This document shows positions 36,855 to 38,916 of a stretch of DNA of 38,916 nt, piece by piece. The notes under the pieces are model-generated. The model did no database searches. It saw nothing but the letters and a program-made list of their open reading frames with translations, and was not told where the DNA came from. Both the position numbers and the translations under genes were made by a program. This stretch comes from a bacterium (GTDB taxonomy: Bacteria; Arandabacterota; Arandabacteria; Arandabacterales; JALGWA01), in contig JASFEA010000011.1 in NCBI GenBank assembly GCA_050125095.1, forward strand, positions 1 through 38,916, written 5' to 3'. Position 1 is the first letter of the stretch; every line of letters begins with the position of its first letter.

Positions 36855-37475
36855 CTACTCCTGCGCGCTTACCATCACGTAGCCGTTATTATGCCCAGGC
36901 ACGGCGCCGCGGACAGCTATGATATTCCTGTCCACATCGACCTGGATAACCTCGAGGTTCCTTATGGTAACCCGCTCATGTCCCGCCTGGCCCGGCATCT
37001 TCCTGTTCTTCCAGACCTTTGCAGGAGTGGCGCATTGGCCGATCGACCCAGGCTCCCGGTGATTTCTGCTGCCGTGAGAATCCGGGGCTCCGTGGAACCC
37101 CCATCTCTTGACGACGCCCTGGAACCCCTTGCCCTTTGTGTAACCGGTCACGCGTACAAGGTCTCCCGCCTGAAAGAGGTCTGCCTTTATCTCGCTGCCG
37201 ACCTCATAACCGGAGGGGTCGTTTACGCGGATCTCTCTCAAGACCTTCGCAGGCTCCACGCCCGCCTTGTCGAAGTGGCCCTTCGCCGGCATGTTGACGT
37301 TCGCCGGCTTGCGCCTTCCAAAGCCGAGCTGGATCGCGTTATAGCCGTCGCTCTCCTCTGTCTTCACTTCGACCACGGGGCAGGGACCTGCCTCTATGAC
37401 CGTGACGGGCACGGATTCTCCCTTTTCATTGAAGATCCGCGTCATTCCCAATTTCTTTCCGATGATACCCTTCAT
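36855..37475 (-). CDS. rplC: 50S ribosomal protein L3
   Basis: GKKLGMT, KGKGFQGVVKRWGF, PGSIG, GAVPG. Confidence 0.99.
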   Translation of the reverse strand: MKGIIGKKLGMTRIFNEKGESVPVTVIEAGPCPVVEVKTEESDGYNAIQLGFGRRKPANVNMPAKGHFDKAGVEPAKVLREIRVNDPSGYEVGSEIKADLFQAGDLVRVTGYTKGKGFQGVVKRWGFHGAPDSHGSRNHREPGSIGQCATPAKVWKNRKMPGQAGHERVTIRNLEVIQVDVDRNIIAVRGAVPGHNNGYVMVSAQE

Positions 37476-37493
37476 GCCTATTCACCTTCTGTT

Positions 37494-37534
37494 GAAGACA
37501 GCCAGCACGGGCGCGCCGCCCGGCTGATGTCTTC
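37494..37534 (-). promoter_or_regulatory. Stable intercistronic RNA hairpin between rpsJ and rplC
   Basis: GAAGACA-T-CAGC-CGGGCG-GCG-CGCCCG-T-GCTG-GC-TGTCTTC starts right after the rpsJ stop. No U-tract. Confidence 0.55.
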
Positions 37535-37843
37535 CTAAACCTTGATCTCGATGTCAACGCCGGCCGGCAAATCCAGCTTCATAAGGGCTTCGACGGTCTG
37601 CGGCGTGGACTCCCAGATATCGATAAGCCGCTTATGCGTGCGAATCTCAAACTGCTCCCTCGACTTCTTGTCGACATGAGGAGAGCGGAGCACCGTGTAC
37701 ACCGACCTCTTGGTCGGCAGCGGCACAGGCCCGGAGACCCTTGCCCCTGTCTGCTTGGCAGTCTTGACGATCTCGCCGGCGGACCTATCGACCATCGTGT
37801 GGTCATAGCCCTTAAGTCGTATCCTGATCTTCTGTCCCGGCAC
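37535..37843 (-). CDS. rpsJ: 30S ribosomal protein S10
   Basis: [31 protein letters not shown]. Confidence 0.99.
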   Translation of the reverse strand: MPGQKIRIRLKGYDHTMVDRSAGEIVKTAKQTGARVSGPVPLPTKRSVYTVLRSPHVDKKSREQFEIRTHKRLIDIWESTPQTVEALMKLDLPAGVDIEIKV

Positions 37844-37873
37844 TTAACTTCCTCCCCTGATTACTTCCGGTGT

Positions 37874-38914
<1,041 letters not shown>

Positions 38915-38916
38915 AG

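Overview
GC-rich bacterial chromosome segment. Two secreted proteins end in FlgD-Ig/T9SS-type C-terminal domains, which suggests an FCB-superphylum lineage; this is an inference and the taxon cannot be fixed from the sequence alone. The right half (21886-38916, minus strand) is a complete S10-spc-alpha ribosomal superoperon running from a partial tuf to rplQ, and it includes an rpmJ missed by the ORF track. S5 and L5 carry long repeat-containing N-terminal extensions and EF-Tu has a four-Cys insertion. The left half is accessory and metabolic: partial DUF885, a VOC protein, a secreted A-B-A-B-A repeat protein converging on a secreted multidomain GH57 glycoside hydrolase, a threonine-synthase-like PLP enzyme divergent from a SERCA-like P-type ATPase, a FabK/nitronate monooxygenase, three tandem Ig + DUF1565 beta-helix lipoproteins, an unknown lipoprotein, and a GlcD/GlcF-like pair with substituted active-site motifs. 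The best candidate for something undescribed is the 534-bp intergenic region 17416-17949. It holds a sigma70 promoter-to-poly-T unit of about 92 nt whose 5' and 3' ends pair (orphan small RNA or attenuator), plus a second promoter, a long hairpin and repeated operator-like sites. No transposase, integrase, tRNA, rRNA or CRISPR array was seen.
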